From an uncultured Chloroflexia bacterium (GTDB lineage: Bacteria; Chloroflexota; Ktedonobacteria; Ktedonobacterales; JADMIN01), in NCBI GenBank assembly GCA_963718915.1, contig CAVRAI010000007.1:450001-482000 (forward strand): a DNA stretch of 32,000 bases, written 5' to 3'. Below, piece after piece: positions 8,687 to 16,928 of this stretch. A program made the position numbers and the translations under genes. The stretch's first letter is position 1, and each line of letters opens with the position of its first letter. The notes under the pieces were generated by a model. That model did no database searches, had not been told where the DNA came from, and saw only the letters and a program-made list of their open reading frames with translations.

Positions 8687-8801
8687 ATACGCCTTCTTTC
8701 GCTGCGCGCCTGTATCACAGCCGTTCGACAGACCGAAATACTCGCGGCATGCTCCCGCAACTGTATCAGGCCGGTACCTGTTCTCAGCGCACGTGAATCC
8801 G

Positions 8802-8821
8802 TCAGCCAGCGTCACTGGGTG
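8802..8821. repeat. 20-bp direct repeat, copy 1 (TCAGCCAGCGTCACTGGGTG)
   Basis: Identical base for base to 9665-9684. The flanking bases differ on both sides. Confidence 0.95.
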
Positions 8822-8920
8822 CCTGTTTGCCATACTTTTGTGCCAACAGTACGGCATGAGAAACTGGTGAATCCGCGAACGCTCTATACACCTGCCCAGC
8901 ACGTAGTAAGCTCGCGTCCA

Positions 8921-9327
8921 TCAGCGTTCGAGTGTGAAACCAAACTGGCGGAAATGTTGATCATATGACCACGCAAGCCGTAGGTGCAATCGTTCCATAA
9001 TCGCGAAACTGATAGCGTCTACAAGAGAGTACTCTTTATCATTGTGGTGGACGACGATTTCCCTGCCGCGACGCTCATCGGTCTCGGTGGCACGGATAAT
9101 CCGCGTAGCGCTAGCATAGAGATGCTCCAAAACCTGGACGGCGATATCGTGCCCCGGCGGTTAAGGATGAGTGTGTGCGTCTCGGCCACGACATAGTTTG
9201 AGGTGAATAGGTCTACACCCTCCAGGCTAAACTGCTGCGCCTTGGCAACGGCGGATGCATGATTTGCATCGCTGCGGTCTGTGAGTGCGTAATAGGCAGA
9301 GGTATCGACAAATACTCGCTCGCTCAT
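8921..9327 (-). pseudogene. vapC: PIN-domain toxin VapC, frameshifted in a G4 run (plus-strand CCCC 9152-9155)
   Basis: Track ORFs 9019..9327 (MSERVFVDTSAYYAL...VVAETHTLILNRRG) and 8921..9130 (..HDIAVQVLEHLYAS...EYSLVDAISFAIMERL) join into one roughly 135-aa PIN domain if one G is added to the run. The start overlaps the vapB stop (ATGA). Confidence 0.75.
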
Positions 9328-9617
9328 CCGCCAGATCCATCACCGCTCTCAGCAATAGCATCGGCAAGATACTTATGCTTCCTCGCTGAAACATCTTGAG
9401 TTCCAGATGACGCGACGCCAATCAACCCGAATAAAGCGTCATCGGGGCCAAAATGCTGTTTGCCGCGTGACTTCGGCGTACGCTTGGGGCGAATACTGAA
9501 CAGCTTCCCGTGCCGCTCTACCACAACTTCCTCGCCGGAGGTCTCCACTTCATCGAAGATTGTCGGCGCATCATGTATGAACTCATCGAAATGAAGATGT
9601 TTGCGATCTGTACCCAT
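9324..9617 (-). CDS. vapB: Type II antitoxin (Phd/YefM- or VapB-like)
   Basis: ATG 9617 is preceded by AAAGGGGG. The N-terminus FDEVETSGEEVVVERHGKLFSIRP fits the antitoxin beta-strand fold pattern. It has a 4-nt ATGA overlap with vapC. Confidence 0.6.
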   Translation of the reverse strand: MGTDRKHLHFDEFIHDAPTIFDEVETSGEEVVVERHGKLFSIRPKRTPKSRGKQHFGPDDALFGLIGVASSGTQDVSARKHKYLADAIAESGDGSGG

Positions 9618-9638
9618 AGAAGGCCCCCTTTCGCGCAC

Positions 9639-9647
9639 ACAGTACCA
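9639..9647 (-). promoter_or_regulatory. Possible extended -10 promoter (TGgTACTGT) for vapBC
   Basis: The minus strand reads TGGTACTGT about 20 nt upstream of ATG 9617. No good -35. Confidence 0.35.
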
Positions 9648-9664
9648 CATTACAAGCGCTTGAT

Positions 9665-9684
9665 TCAGCCAGCGTCACTGGGTG
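9665..9684. repeat. 20-bp direct repeat, copy 2, overlapping the last codons and stop of the PLD-like gene
   Basis: Identical to 8802-8821. It contains ACC CAG TGA (minus strand), the end of the PLD-like CDS. Confidence 0.95.
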
Positions 9685-10784
9685 TTTCGATGGTCGACCA
9701 GGCTGCCGTACTTCTGCATCAGGTGGTCGATGTAGTCGCTGTAAGCGTCGGCGAGGACAGGATTCGTCAGTATCAGCAGGTTTTCTGCGTTCTGCTCGGC
9801 GCTATGGGAGAAATTGTATGAGCCGGTGATGATGGTATCGTCCACCACCAACACCTTGTTGTGCATGAAATCATGGCGGCTCTCCGGGCTGTACGGCGTG
9901 GAATTCTTGCCCACCAGCCGCGCCGCCTCGACGATATCCTGCACCGCGCCAATTTTCCAGTGGTTGTGTGGCACATCCTGCCACTGCTGAAGCACGCTGA
10001 TCATCTGTGTGCGGTCATATATCCCGCTTACGGGCGCCTGTCCGGTACGCAGCAGATCACTCAACGCGGCGATGAGCGCGCTGGAGTTGAGCAGCATGCT
10101 GCAAATCCGCACCCGGCGTCTGGCTCGCGCCACCAGTTGGCCGATATCGTAGTCAATCACTAGACCACGCCCCGGCGAAAACAAGACCTGCGCGCTGACA
10201 TCCACACCCTGGTAGCTGGCGCTGGTGTGTTGCGTATCGAACGCGCCGGTAGCTTCGATGACGCCGCGTGCCCAGAGATCGGCAAAATCCCTGGCGTAGC
10301 TCGTAGCGAGCAACTCGTCGGGAATCGTCAGAATGTTGTTTTCCTGGAGCGCCCAGGAATCATCGGTAAAATTGGTCGAGCCGGTCCAGACCGCCGCGCC
10401 AGGAGCGCCCGCATCACGTACGATGTACTTGTTATGCATCAGCTTCATACCGCCGATACGCCGCCAAGGATAGCCGAGCGACTGCACGAAACCGCCAGTG
10501 CCCGGCAGCGCGGGATCCATGCCCGCCGCCAGATTTGGCGTCTCGGGCTTATCGGCGTCGTAGGCGATACGGATGGCGACGCCCGCCGCCGCCACGTCTG
10601 CAAGCGCGCTGGCAACGATCTGGCGTAGCGGCTCGCTCAGGCGGAAATCGTAGATAGCGATATCCAGTGAGCGCCGCGCCCTACGGATGAAGTTCGCCAG
10701 TAGCGTGGCAATGTCATGGGGTTGCTGCTCCCCCTCCGCGAGGAAGTGAACCGAAAGGTCAGACGTTGTATCAGGCTGCGTCAC
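9675..10784 (-). CDS. Soluble phospholipase D superfamily protein with two HKD motifs
   Basis: HNKYIVRD...GSTNFT and HNKVLVVDD...GSYNFS (HxKxxxxD x2). No TM segment or signal peptide. GTG 10784 (GGAGGA 4-5 nt upstream) is preferred over the track start 10862, which overlaps the putative -10. Confidence 0.8.
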   Translation of the reverse strand: MTQPDTTSDLSVHFLAEGEQQPHDIATLLANFIRRARRSLDIAIYDFRLSEPLRQIVASALADVAAAGVAIRIAYDADKPETPNLAAGMDPALPGTGGFVQSLGYPWRRIGGMKLMHNKYIVRDAGAPGAAVWTGSTNFTDDSWALQENNILTIPDELLATSYARDFADLWARGVIEATGAFDTQHTSASYQGVDVSAQVLFSPGRGLVIDYDIGQLVARARRRVRICSMLLNSSALIAALSDLLRTGQAPVSGIYDRTQMISVLQQWQDVPHNHWKIGAVQDIVEAARLVGKNSTPYSPESRHDFMHNKVLVVDDTIITGSYNFSHSAEQNAENLLILTNPVLADAYSDYIDHLMQKYGSLVDHRNTQ

Positions 10785-10852
10785 TGCGTCCTCCAAATGC
10801 TGAATGACTCCACGCGGCGCGGAGCGAGAGAGCCGTGTTTGCTTTGTGACCA

Positions 10853-10861
10853 AGTGTAACA
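10853..10861 (-). promoter_or_regulatory. Possible extended -10 promoter (TGtTACACT) for the PLD-like gene
   Basis: The minus strand reads TGTTACACT about 70 nt upstream of GTG 10784. Confidence 0.35.
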
Positions 10862-10990
10862 CGAACCGGGTGATTCAGGACTGACTCACAAGCGACCGCG
10901 AGTAACGCCGTCATCGAAAACTTGCTCACGTCCCGTGAGATACAATGTGCCCATGTAGTCACCCGTCGCGCCATTCTCAGGAGACGAGCC

Positions 10991-13900
10991 GTGACGACGC
11001 CTATCACGACATCCACATTCAGCCAGAGATCAGCGCTCATCGGGCGGCAGCGCGAGATGGCGCAACTCCAGCAGCGCTTCGCGGACGCCGCCGCGGGACA
11101 CATGTCAGTTGTGCTGGTCAGCGGCGAGCCAGGTATCGGCAAGACGCGGCTGCTCGACGAAGTGACCGTGCAGGCGCATGCGGCGGGCGCGCGGGCGCTT
11201 CGTGGGGCGGCGACGGAAGCCGAGGGAATGCCACCTTATCTGCCTTTCCTGGAGGCGCTCGCCCAGCATATCCGCTCCGCTACTCCCGACGAATTGCGCG
11301 CGCAGACTGGCGCGAAGGCATCCATTCTCGCCTCGCTTCTCCCAGAGTTGCACGCGCGCCTTGGCGAGCTTCCCCAGACCCATGCGTTGCCGCCAGAGCA
11401 GGCGCGACTCCGCCTCTATGAAGCCATCGGCGCGTTTCTGGCGGCCATCGCCCACGAGCAGCCACTCCTCCTGCGGCTCGACGATCTGCACTGGGCCGAC
11501 CCGGCTACTCTGGACCTGCTCTGCTATGTCGCGGCGCACCATCGCGACAGCCATATGCTGATTCTCGGCGCGTATCGCGAGGGCGAGGCCGCCCATGAGT
11601 TGGCATTCGAGCGGTTCCTCGCGACGCTGCATCGCCTGCGCGCCTTGAGCATTCTCCCGCTTGCGACGCTCCCTCCCGCCGACGTCTCGCAGCTTGCCCA
11701 GAGCTATCTGGGCGGCTCGCTTGAAGCCTCGGCAATCAAACTGCTTTCGCGACAGGGCGAGGGCAATCCGTTCTTCGTCGAGGAACTGTTGCGCAGCTGG
11801 GTTGAGACTGGAGCGCTGGTTCAGACTGAACCGTTGGGCGCCAATGAAGGCCGCTGGAGCATTACGCCCGCCGCCGCTGAGGCCGAGATACCGTCGAGCA
11901 TCCTGACACTTGTACGCCAGCGTCTCATTCGGCTGCCAGCCGATACCATCGAATTGCTCCGCACCGCGGCGATCATCGGGCGTGTGTTCGAGAGCGCGCT
12001 TCTGGCGGAAATCACCGCCAGCGAACCGGAGTCGGTCGAGGAGCGGCTCCTGGTGGCTGCCCGCGCCCAGCTCATTCGCCCAATATATCCAGGAACGTTC
12101 GCCTTCGCACATGATCGTATCCGTGAATGTCTCTATAGCGATGTCACCGCGGCACGACGAACGCGACTCCACACGCACCTGGGCCGATTGCTCGAAGCGC
12201 GCGCTGATCCGCCCGATGCCCGTCGCGTTGCCGATCTGGCGTTCCACTTCACCCGTAGCGGCGACCGCGAACGAGGCGTGCAATACGCGCGGCAGGCAGC
12301 CGAATCGGCTATGGCCGCCTATGCCTTCGAGGAGGCAATGGCCCACTATCGCGACGCGCTGGAATTGCTCAACGGCGTGGATGAACGACGCGCGCTCTTG
12401 CTTCTGGCGCTGGGCGACGCCGCTATCGCCGCTGGCTCCGAGCGTGAGGCCATGGCTGCCTATGCGGTGGCGCGGACATCGCTGCAAGCAGCGGGTAATA
12501 TCGCCGCCGCGGCGCGGGCGTCACATGGACTGGGGCGAGCGGCCTGGCGGCTGGAAGATCTCCCCACCGCGCAGGCGGCCATCGAGACGACGCTGGCGCT
12601 CCTGGGTGAGGACGCGACCAGCGAGCGGGTGCTTGCGCTGGTAGACCTGGGCACGCTGCTCGGCGTCACTATGCACCGCTACACCGAAGGGCTGGCCTGC
12701 GGTCGCAAGGCGCTTGCTCTCGCTCGGCGTCTCCACGATGAGCGGTTGATTGCCCCCGCCGCACGAACCGTCGGCAATATGCTGGTGCGCGCGAATAATC
12801 TGGAAGAGGGCATTCCGCTGCTGGAGGATGCGCTCGCCCAGGCTAACCGCGCGGGCGATCCGGCCGAGGCTGCCGAGTGCTGCGCCTGTCTCACGCTGGC
12901 GTATTTCTGGGGCGGCAATCTTGACCGCATGCGAAGCGCGAACGAGCAACGGTCGAAGTATGCCCAGGAGTGCCACGATCTCCACCAGTTACGCCATGCC
13001 CATACCATGGGAGCTATCTTCGCTATGTATGAAGGGCGGATCGTGGAAGCCAGGGAGATACTGCGGGAGGCGGAGGAGATTATCGTACGCCTGGCCGACC
13101 CAGAGCCGCTGGCGTTTCTATGGTTTGTTCAGGCAGGCATCGCCTACCACACTGGCGACTATGCCCGCGCGGAGTCCCTGCTCGAATCTGCATGTAACCT
13201 CTTCCGCTCGATTGGCCCCGGCGCGCTGGTCTGGTTTTTGGGCTGGCTCGTGCTCAGCTATGCCCGCCGGGGCAAGGCGCATGAGGCGCGGGCAGGCATC
13301 ATCGAGATGGAGACGATCATAGGCGGGATCACTCCGACTAGCATCCCCGTCATGGAGGGACTCGCTCCAGTGGCTCAGGCGGCGCTGGCACTTGGCGACC
13401 GCGAACTGGCCGGGCGCATCTATCCGCAACTCCTCCCGTTCCGCCCGCGCCATGCTGACTTTCTGCCGGAGCGTTTGCTGGGTGAGATTGCCACGCTCCG
13501 ACGCGAATGGAGGCTGGCGGAGGCGCACCTGAACGCAGCCGAAGCTCTGGGACGCGCCGTGGATGGCACGCCCGCTCGCGCCTGCGCGGCTGAGCTTGCC
13601 CGAACGCTCGCCGCCAAGGCTAACCTGGAACTGGCGTGGCATGGCCGCTCAGTTCAGTCACGCGCACGAGAGCTGCTCCTGGAGGCGCTTGGCCTGATGG
13701 AGCAATTGGGCATGGAAGGCGAGGCGCGGATCGTCCGCGAGCAATTGGGCGCCCTCCGGTTACGCGCGCCACGCGCAACTGCCCGGCCATCGTTTCCCGA
13801 CCATCTTACATACCGCGAGATCGACGTTCTGCGGTTAATTGCCGCTGGTGAGGACAACCAGAGCATCGCGGCGCTGCTGGTGTTGAGCGTGCGCACGGTG

Positions 13901-13999
13901 GAGCGCCATATCTCGAATATCTACGCCAAAATTGGCGCGGAAGGCGCGGCGAGTCGGGCGATGGCGACTGCGTACGCATTACGGCATGAACTGGTGTAG
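10991..13999 (+). CDS. LAL/MalT-type LuxR family regulator (AAA_16 ATPase + TPR-like repeats + C-terminal LuxR/GerE HTH)
   Basis: GTG 10991 lies 7 nt after AGGAG. Motifs: Walker A GEPGIGKT and Walker B LLLRLDDLHWAD. A long helical repeat region follows. The C-terminus reads TYREIDVLRLIAAGEDNQSIAALLVLSVRTVERHISNIYAKIG. Confidence 0.85.
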   Translation: MTTPITTSTFSQRSALIGRQREMAQLQQRFADAAAGHMSVVLVSGEPGIGKTRLLDEVTVQAHAAGARALRGAATEAEGMPPYLPFLEALAQHIRSATPDELRAQTGAKASILASLLPELHARLGELPQTHALPPEQARLRLYEAIGAFLAAIAHEQPLLLRLDDLHWADPATLDLLCYVAAHHRDSHMLILGAYREGEAAHELAFERFLATLHRLRALSILPLATLPPADVSQLAQSYLGGSLEASAIKLLSRQGEGNPFFVEELLRSWVETGALVQTEPLGANEGRWSITPAAAEAEIPSSILTLVRQRLIRLPADTIELLRTAAIIGRVFESALLAEITASEPESVEERLLVAARAQLIRPIYPGTFAFAHDRIRECLYSDVTAARRTRLHTHLGRLLEARADPPDARRVADLAFHFTRSGDRERGVQYARQAAESAMAAYAFEEAMAHYRDALELLNGVDERRALLLLALGDAAIAAGSEREAMAAYAVARTSLQAAGNIAAAARASHGLGRAAWRLEDLPTAQAAIETTLALLGEDATSERVLALVDLGTLLGVTMHRYTEGLACGRKALALARRLHDERLIAPAARTVGNMLVRANNLEEGIPLLEDALAQANRAGDPAEAAECCACLTLAYFWGGNLDRMRSANEQRSKYAQECHDLHQLRHAHTMGAIFAMYEGRIVEAREILREAEEIIVRLADPEPLAFLWFVQAGIAYHTGDYARAESLLESACNLFRSIGPGALVWFLGWLVLSYARRGKAHEARAGIIEMETIIGGITPTSIPVMEGLAPVAQAALALGDRELAGRIYPQLLPFRPRHADFLPERLLGEIATLRREWRLAEAHLNAAEALGRAVDGTPARACAAELARTLAAKANLELAWHGRSVQSRARELLLEALGLMEQLGMEGEARIVREQLGALRLRAPRATARPSFPDHLTYREIDVLRLIAAGEDNQSIAALLVLSVRTVERHISNIYAKIGAEGAASRAMATAYALRHELV

Positions 14000-14189
14000 C
14001 TCACGGTCACCCAAACCGCACACTGCGCGTCATCCCCGGAACCTACGTGTTGTAGCACGCCCAGAGTACGTGCGCGCACGCAGGCGCATGGCCTCCCGCA
14101 ACGCTACACTGTTCTTTGTGAGACGGGCCAGATCTATGCTGGCATCTCAATAAGTGAGTGGCCACAAAATCAGCGGAGAGGAGACGCTT

Positions 14190-15329
14190 ATGAGCGCGCA
14201 GGAGATTCAGGACAAATTGGCAACTCTGCTCACAGGCAAGTTGACTGAAGCGCAGACCGCGGAGCGCGATGCCTTTGTCGGCAGAATCTTTGGATCAGTC
14301 CTTGGCGGACTGGAGATCTTGACGATCTATCTGGGGAACCGTCTCGGCCTGTATCAGGCGCTGTGGGAGCACGGCCCAGCAACATCAAAGGAATTGGCAA
14401 CGCGCACCAATACCAGCGAGCGCTACGTCCGCGAATGGCTGGAGCAGCAGGCAGCCGCGTCCATCCTGACGGTGGATGACGCGAGCGCGGGCGCGCTGGA
14501 ACGCCGCTATGAACTTCCTGTCGAACATGCCGAGGTACTGCTTGGCGAGACCAGCCTCAACTACATGGCGCCGCTCACAAGCATACTCTACGGCCTCACC
14601 GCTCAGACACCCGCGGTAGCCGATGCCTTCGAGCATGGTGGAGGCGTTCCCTGGGCTGACTATGGCGAGGAGGGACGCGCGGGACAGGCGGCGATCAACC
14701 GGCCCGTCTTCGATCACCTGCTGGGTCAGGTCTGGCTGCCGTCGATAGCCGATGTTCATGCGCGATTGCAGGCTAACCCACCCGCGCGGGTCGCCGACAT
14801 CGCCTGCGGGTATGGCTGGTCGAGCGTCGGTATCGCCCGCGCCTATCCCAACGTGCGCGTTGATGGATTCGACAGCGATGAGCCTTCCATCATCGCCGCG
14901 CGCGCCATCGCCGAACGGAATGGTCTGGCAGACCGCCTGACCTTCACGACACACGACGCGGCTGATCCCGCGCTGGCTGGACGCTACGACCTGGTGACCA
15001 TCTTCGAGGCGCTGCATGACATGGCGCACCCGGTTGAGGCGCTACGCAGTGTCCGGCGCCTGGTTGCCGAGGGGGGCGCTGTCCTCATCATGGATGAGCG
15101 CGTCGGCGAGACGTTCACCGCGCCCGCCGACGAGGTAGAGCGCTTCATGTATACCGCAAGCGTGCTTCTCTGCCTGCCTGCTGGCATGGCCGAGCAACCA
15201 TCGGCAGGCACCGGCACCGTTATGCGCCCGGATACGCTCCGTCGTTACGCCAGCGAGGCGGGCTTCCGCGAGGTCGAGATTCTGCCCATCGAGCACCCGT
15301 TCTTCCGGTTCTATCGCCTCTACGCCTGA
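14190..15329 (+). CDS. Class I SAM-dependent methyltransferase with an N-terminal winged-helix-like domain
   Basis: ATG 14190 is preceded by GGAGAGGAG. Motif I is VADIACGYGWSS. The N-terminal segment TSKELATRTNTSERYVREWLEQQ looks like a wHTH. Confidence 0.8.
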   Translation: MSAQEIQDKLATLLTGKLTEAQTAERDAFVGRIFGSVLGGLEILTIYLGNRLGLYQALWEHGPATSKELATRTNTSERYVREWLEQQAAASILTVDDASAGALERRYELPVEHAEVLLGETSLNYMAPLTSILYGLTAQTPAVADAFEHGGGVPWADYGEEGRAGQAAINRPVFDHLLGQVWLPSIADVHARLQANPPARVADIACGYGWSSVGIARAYPNVRVDGFDSDEPSIIAARAIAERNGLADRLTFTTHDAADPALAGRYDLVTIFEALHDMAHPVEALRSVRRLVAEGGAVLIMDERVGETFTAPADEVERFMYTASVLLCLPAGMAEQPSAGTGTVMRPDTLRRYASEAGFREVEILPIEHPFFRFYRLYA

Positions 15330-15518
15330 TCGTCCGACCGAACTGCCCGCCCACGCTGGAAAGCGCTATTCACCCTGCGCTCCGGTCTGGGTGGGCGCCC
15401 GTCGTTATTTCGGCAGAAGAGTCGATGAAAAACGTGCGGATTTGTGGCTAAATTGAGATGGCTTTGCAACGCGCGCATCCGAGTAGCAGGCATGCGAGCG
15501 CTTCGAGAGATTCGAGGG

Positions 15519-16721
15519 ATGACGATGACAATGCCATCACAGCGCATCACGCGCATCGCGGGAACGCTTCAGTCCGTCTATTCATTCTTCACCGAGTCCA
15601 CCTGGTCGCGCCGCAAGGAGGATCTGACCATCTGCGACTTCACCACGGGCAACCCGCACGAGATGCCGCTCGAAGCATTCTCCGCCGCGCTCGGGCGCTG
15701 GAGCGTCCCGCAGCACGATATGTGGTATGCGTATCCCGACAACATCCCGGCAGCACGCGCGGTGGTTGCCGCGTCACTGCGCGAGCGACGCGGACAGCCG
15801 TTCGAGGATGACGATATCTTTCTGACGAACGGCGCGTTCGCGGGCCTGGCGGCGGCGCTTACGCTGGTGGTCGATCCAGGCGATGAGGTCATTTTCCTCA
15901 GTCCGCCCTGGTTCTTCTACGAAGCGCTCATCACGGCGACTGGTGGCGTTCCGGTACGCGTCCGGGTGGATCAGACGACATTCGGCCCTGACCTTAGCGC
16001 GCTAGATACCGCCATCACCAGCCGCACGCGCGCGATCATCGTCAACTCGCCCAACAACCCTACCGGCAGAATCTATCCGCCCGCCACGCTCACGGCGCTG
16101 AGCCAACTGCTCGCCGATGCCAGCGCGCACAACGGGCGACCAATCTATCTGCTTTCGGACGAGGCGTATTGCCGTATCCTCTATGATAGCAACGACTATC
16201 ACAGCCCATCGTCCTTTTATCCCAACACATTCGTCATCTACACCTATGGCAAGACACTGCTCACGCCTGGGCAACGCATCGGCTACATCGCGCTGCCGCC
16301 GACTATGCCGGAGCGGGAAAGCATTCGTAGCGGCCTGTTCGTCGCGCAGTTGATGACTGGCTATGCGTTTCCCAACGCGCTGCTTCAGCATGCGTTGCCC
16401 GATCTGGAAAAGCTTTCGATTGACATACCGCACCTCCAGCGCAAGCGCGATACGATGGTGGCGGCCCTGCGTGAGATGGGCTACACCGTCCACGTGCCTG
16501 AGGGGACCTTTTACCTGCTGCCGCGCTCACCGCTTGCCGACGATCTTGCCTTCATCGAACTGCTCGCCCAACACGATGTCTTCTGCCTGCCAGGCACAGT
16601 CGTCGAGATGCCCGGCTATTTCCGTATCTCGCTCACCGCCAGCGACGAGATGATTACGCGCGCGCTGCCCGGATTCGCCGCCGCGCTCCGGGAGGCCGCC
16701 GCTCACACTAGCGAGCACTAG
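15519..16721 (+). CDS. PLP-dependent aminotransferase, class I/II
   Basis: NSPNNPTGRIY, SDEAYCRILYD and YTYGKTLLTPGQRIGY (PLP lysine context). The start is ambiguous among ATG 15519, 15525 and 15531 (GAGGG just upstream). Confidence 0.85.
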   Translation: MTMTMPSQRITRIAGTLQSVYSFFTESTWSRRKEDLTICDFTTGNPHEMPLEAFSAALGRWSVPQHDMWYAYPDNIPAARAVVAASLRERRGQPFEDDDIFLTNGAFAGLAAALTLVVDPGDEVIFLSPPWFFYEALITATGGVPVRVRVDQTTFGPDLSALDTAITSRTRAIIVNSPNNPTGRIYPPATLTALSQLLADASAHNGRPIYLLSDEAYCRILYDSNDYHSPSSFYPNTFVIYTYGKTLLTPGQRIGYIALPPTMPERESIRSGLFVAQLMTGYAFPNALLQHALPDLEKLSIDIPHLQRKRDTMVAALREMGYTVHVPEGTFYLLPRSPLADDLAFIELLAQHDVFCLPGTVVEMPGYFRISLTASDEMITRALPGFAAALREAAAHTSEH

Positions 16722-16744
16722 TGTGGAATGTGCGAACGGTGTGG

Positions 16745-16923
16745 CTGGCGGTTCATGGACTTTAAGAAATGCCTCTGTACAACGTGCCGGGTGAGCCAGC
16801 AGGAGCCTGCCAGCGACTGGGCTGGGGATGCGGGAAATTCGCCGTAGCGTTAACGCTACGGCCAGCTCGCCTCACCGCAATGCCCCTGTCCGTCGCGATT
16901 TCTAAAACGACATGAACCGCCAG
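16745..16923. repeat. 179-bp inverted-repeat element: 13-bp perfect terminal inverted repeats with a central 22-bp perfect palindrome
   Basis: CTGGCGGTTCATG (16745-16757) pairs with CATGAACCGCCAG (16911-16923). GCCGTAGCGTTAACGCTACGGC lies at 16841-16862. Extra imperfect pairing exists (TTTAAGAAAT/ATTTCTAAAA). It fills the gap between convergent genes. Confidence 0.7.
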
Positions 16924-16928
16924 CCGTA

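Larger units (their letters stand above)
8802..9684 (-). mobile_element. Putative inserted VapBC cassette bounded by 20-bp direct repeats (no recombinase present)
   Basis: Direct repeats at both ends. The interior holds only vapB, vapC and a promoter. The interior is AT-rich (two hand-counted 60-nt lines at 43% and 47% GC, against 63% for a line in the LuxR gene). Confidence 0.45.

Noticed and set aside
11105-12487. 460-aa ORF antisense to the LuxR/LAL gene. Similar long antisense or overlapping ORFs occur at 1791..2543, 5433..5903, 7716..8414, 14385..15029, 16002..16493, 16989..17684, 19612..20322, 20185..20895, 22187..22894 and 28736..29392.
   Set aside because: They are typical high-GC shadow ORFs. 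They are Arg/Ala/Pro/Gly-rich with no motifs, and each lies fully inside a gene on another frame or strand that has clear family signatures and an RBS.
10991-13999. The AAA_16-TPR protein as an antiviral STAND (Avs/bNACHT-like) sensor.
   Set aside because: The C-terminal domain is a canonical LuxR/GerE HTH and the overall layout is that of MalT/LAL transcription activators. No nuclease, TIR, SIR2 or protease effector domain is present.
14068-14079. 12-bp palindrome CGTGCGCGCACG upstream of the methyltransferase gene, as a possible LuxR box.
   Set aside because: Short GC-only palindromes arise easily by chance in DNA above 60% GC. There is no second copy or adjacent promoter element to support a function.
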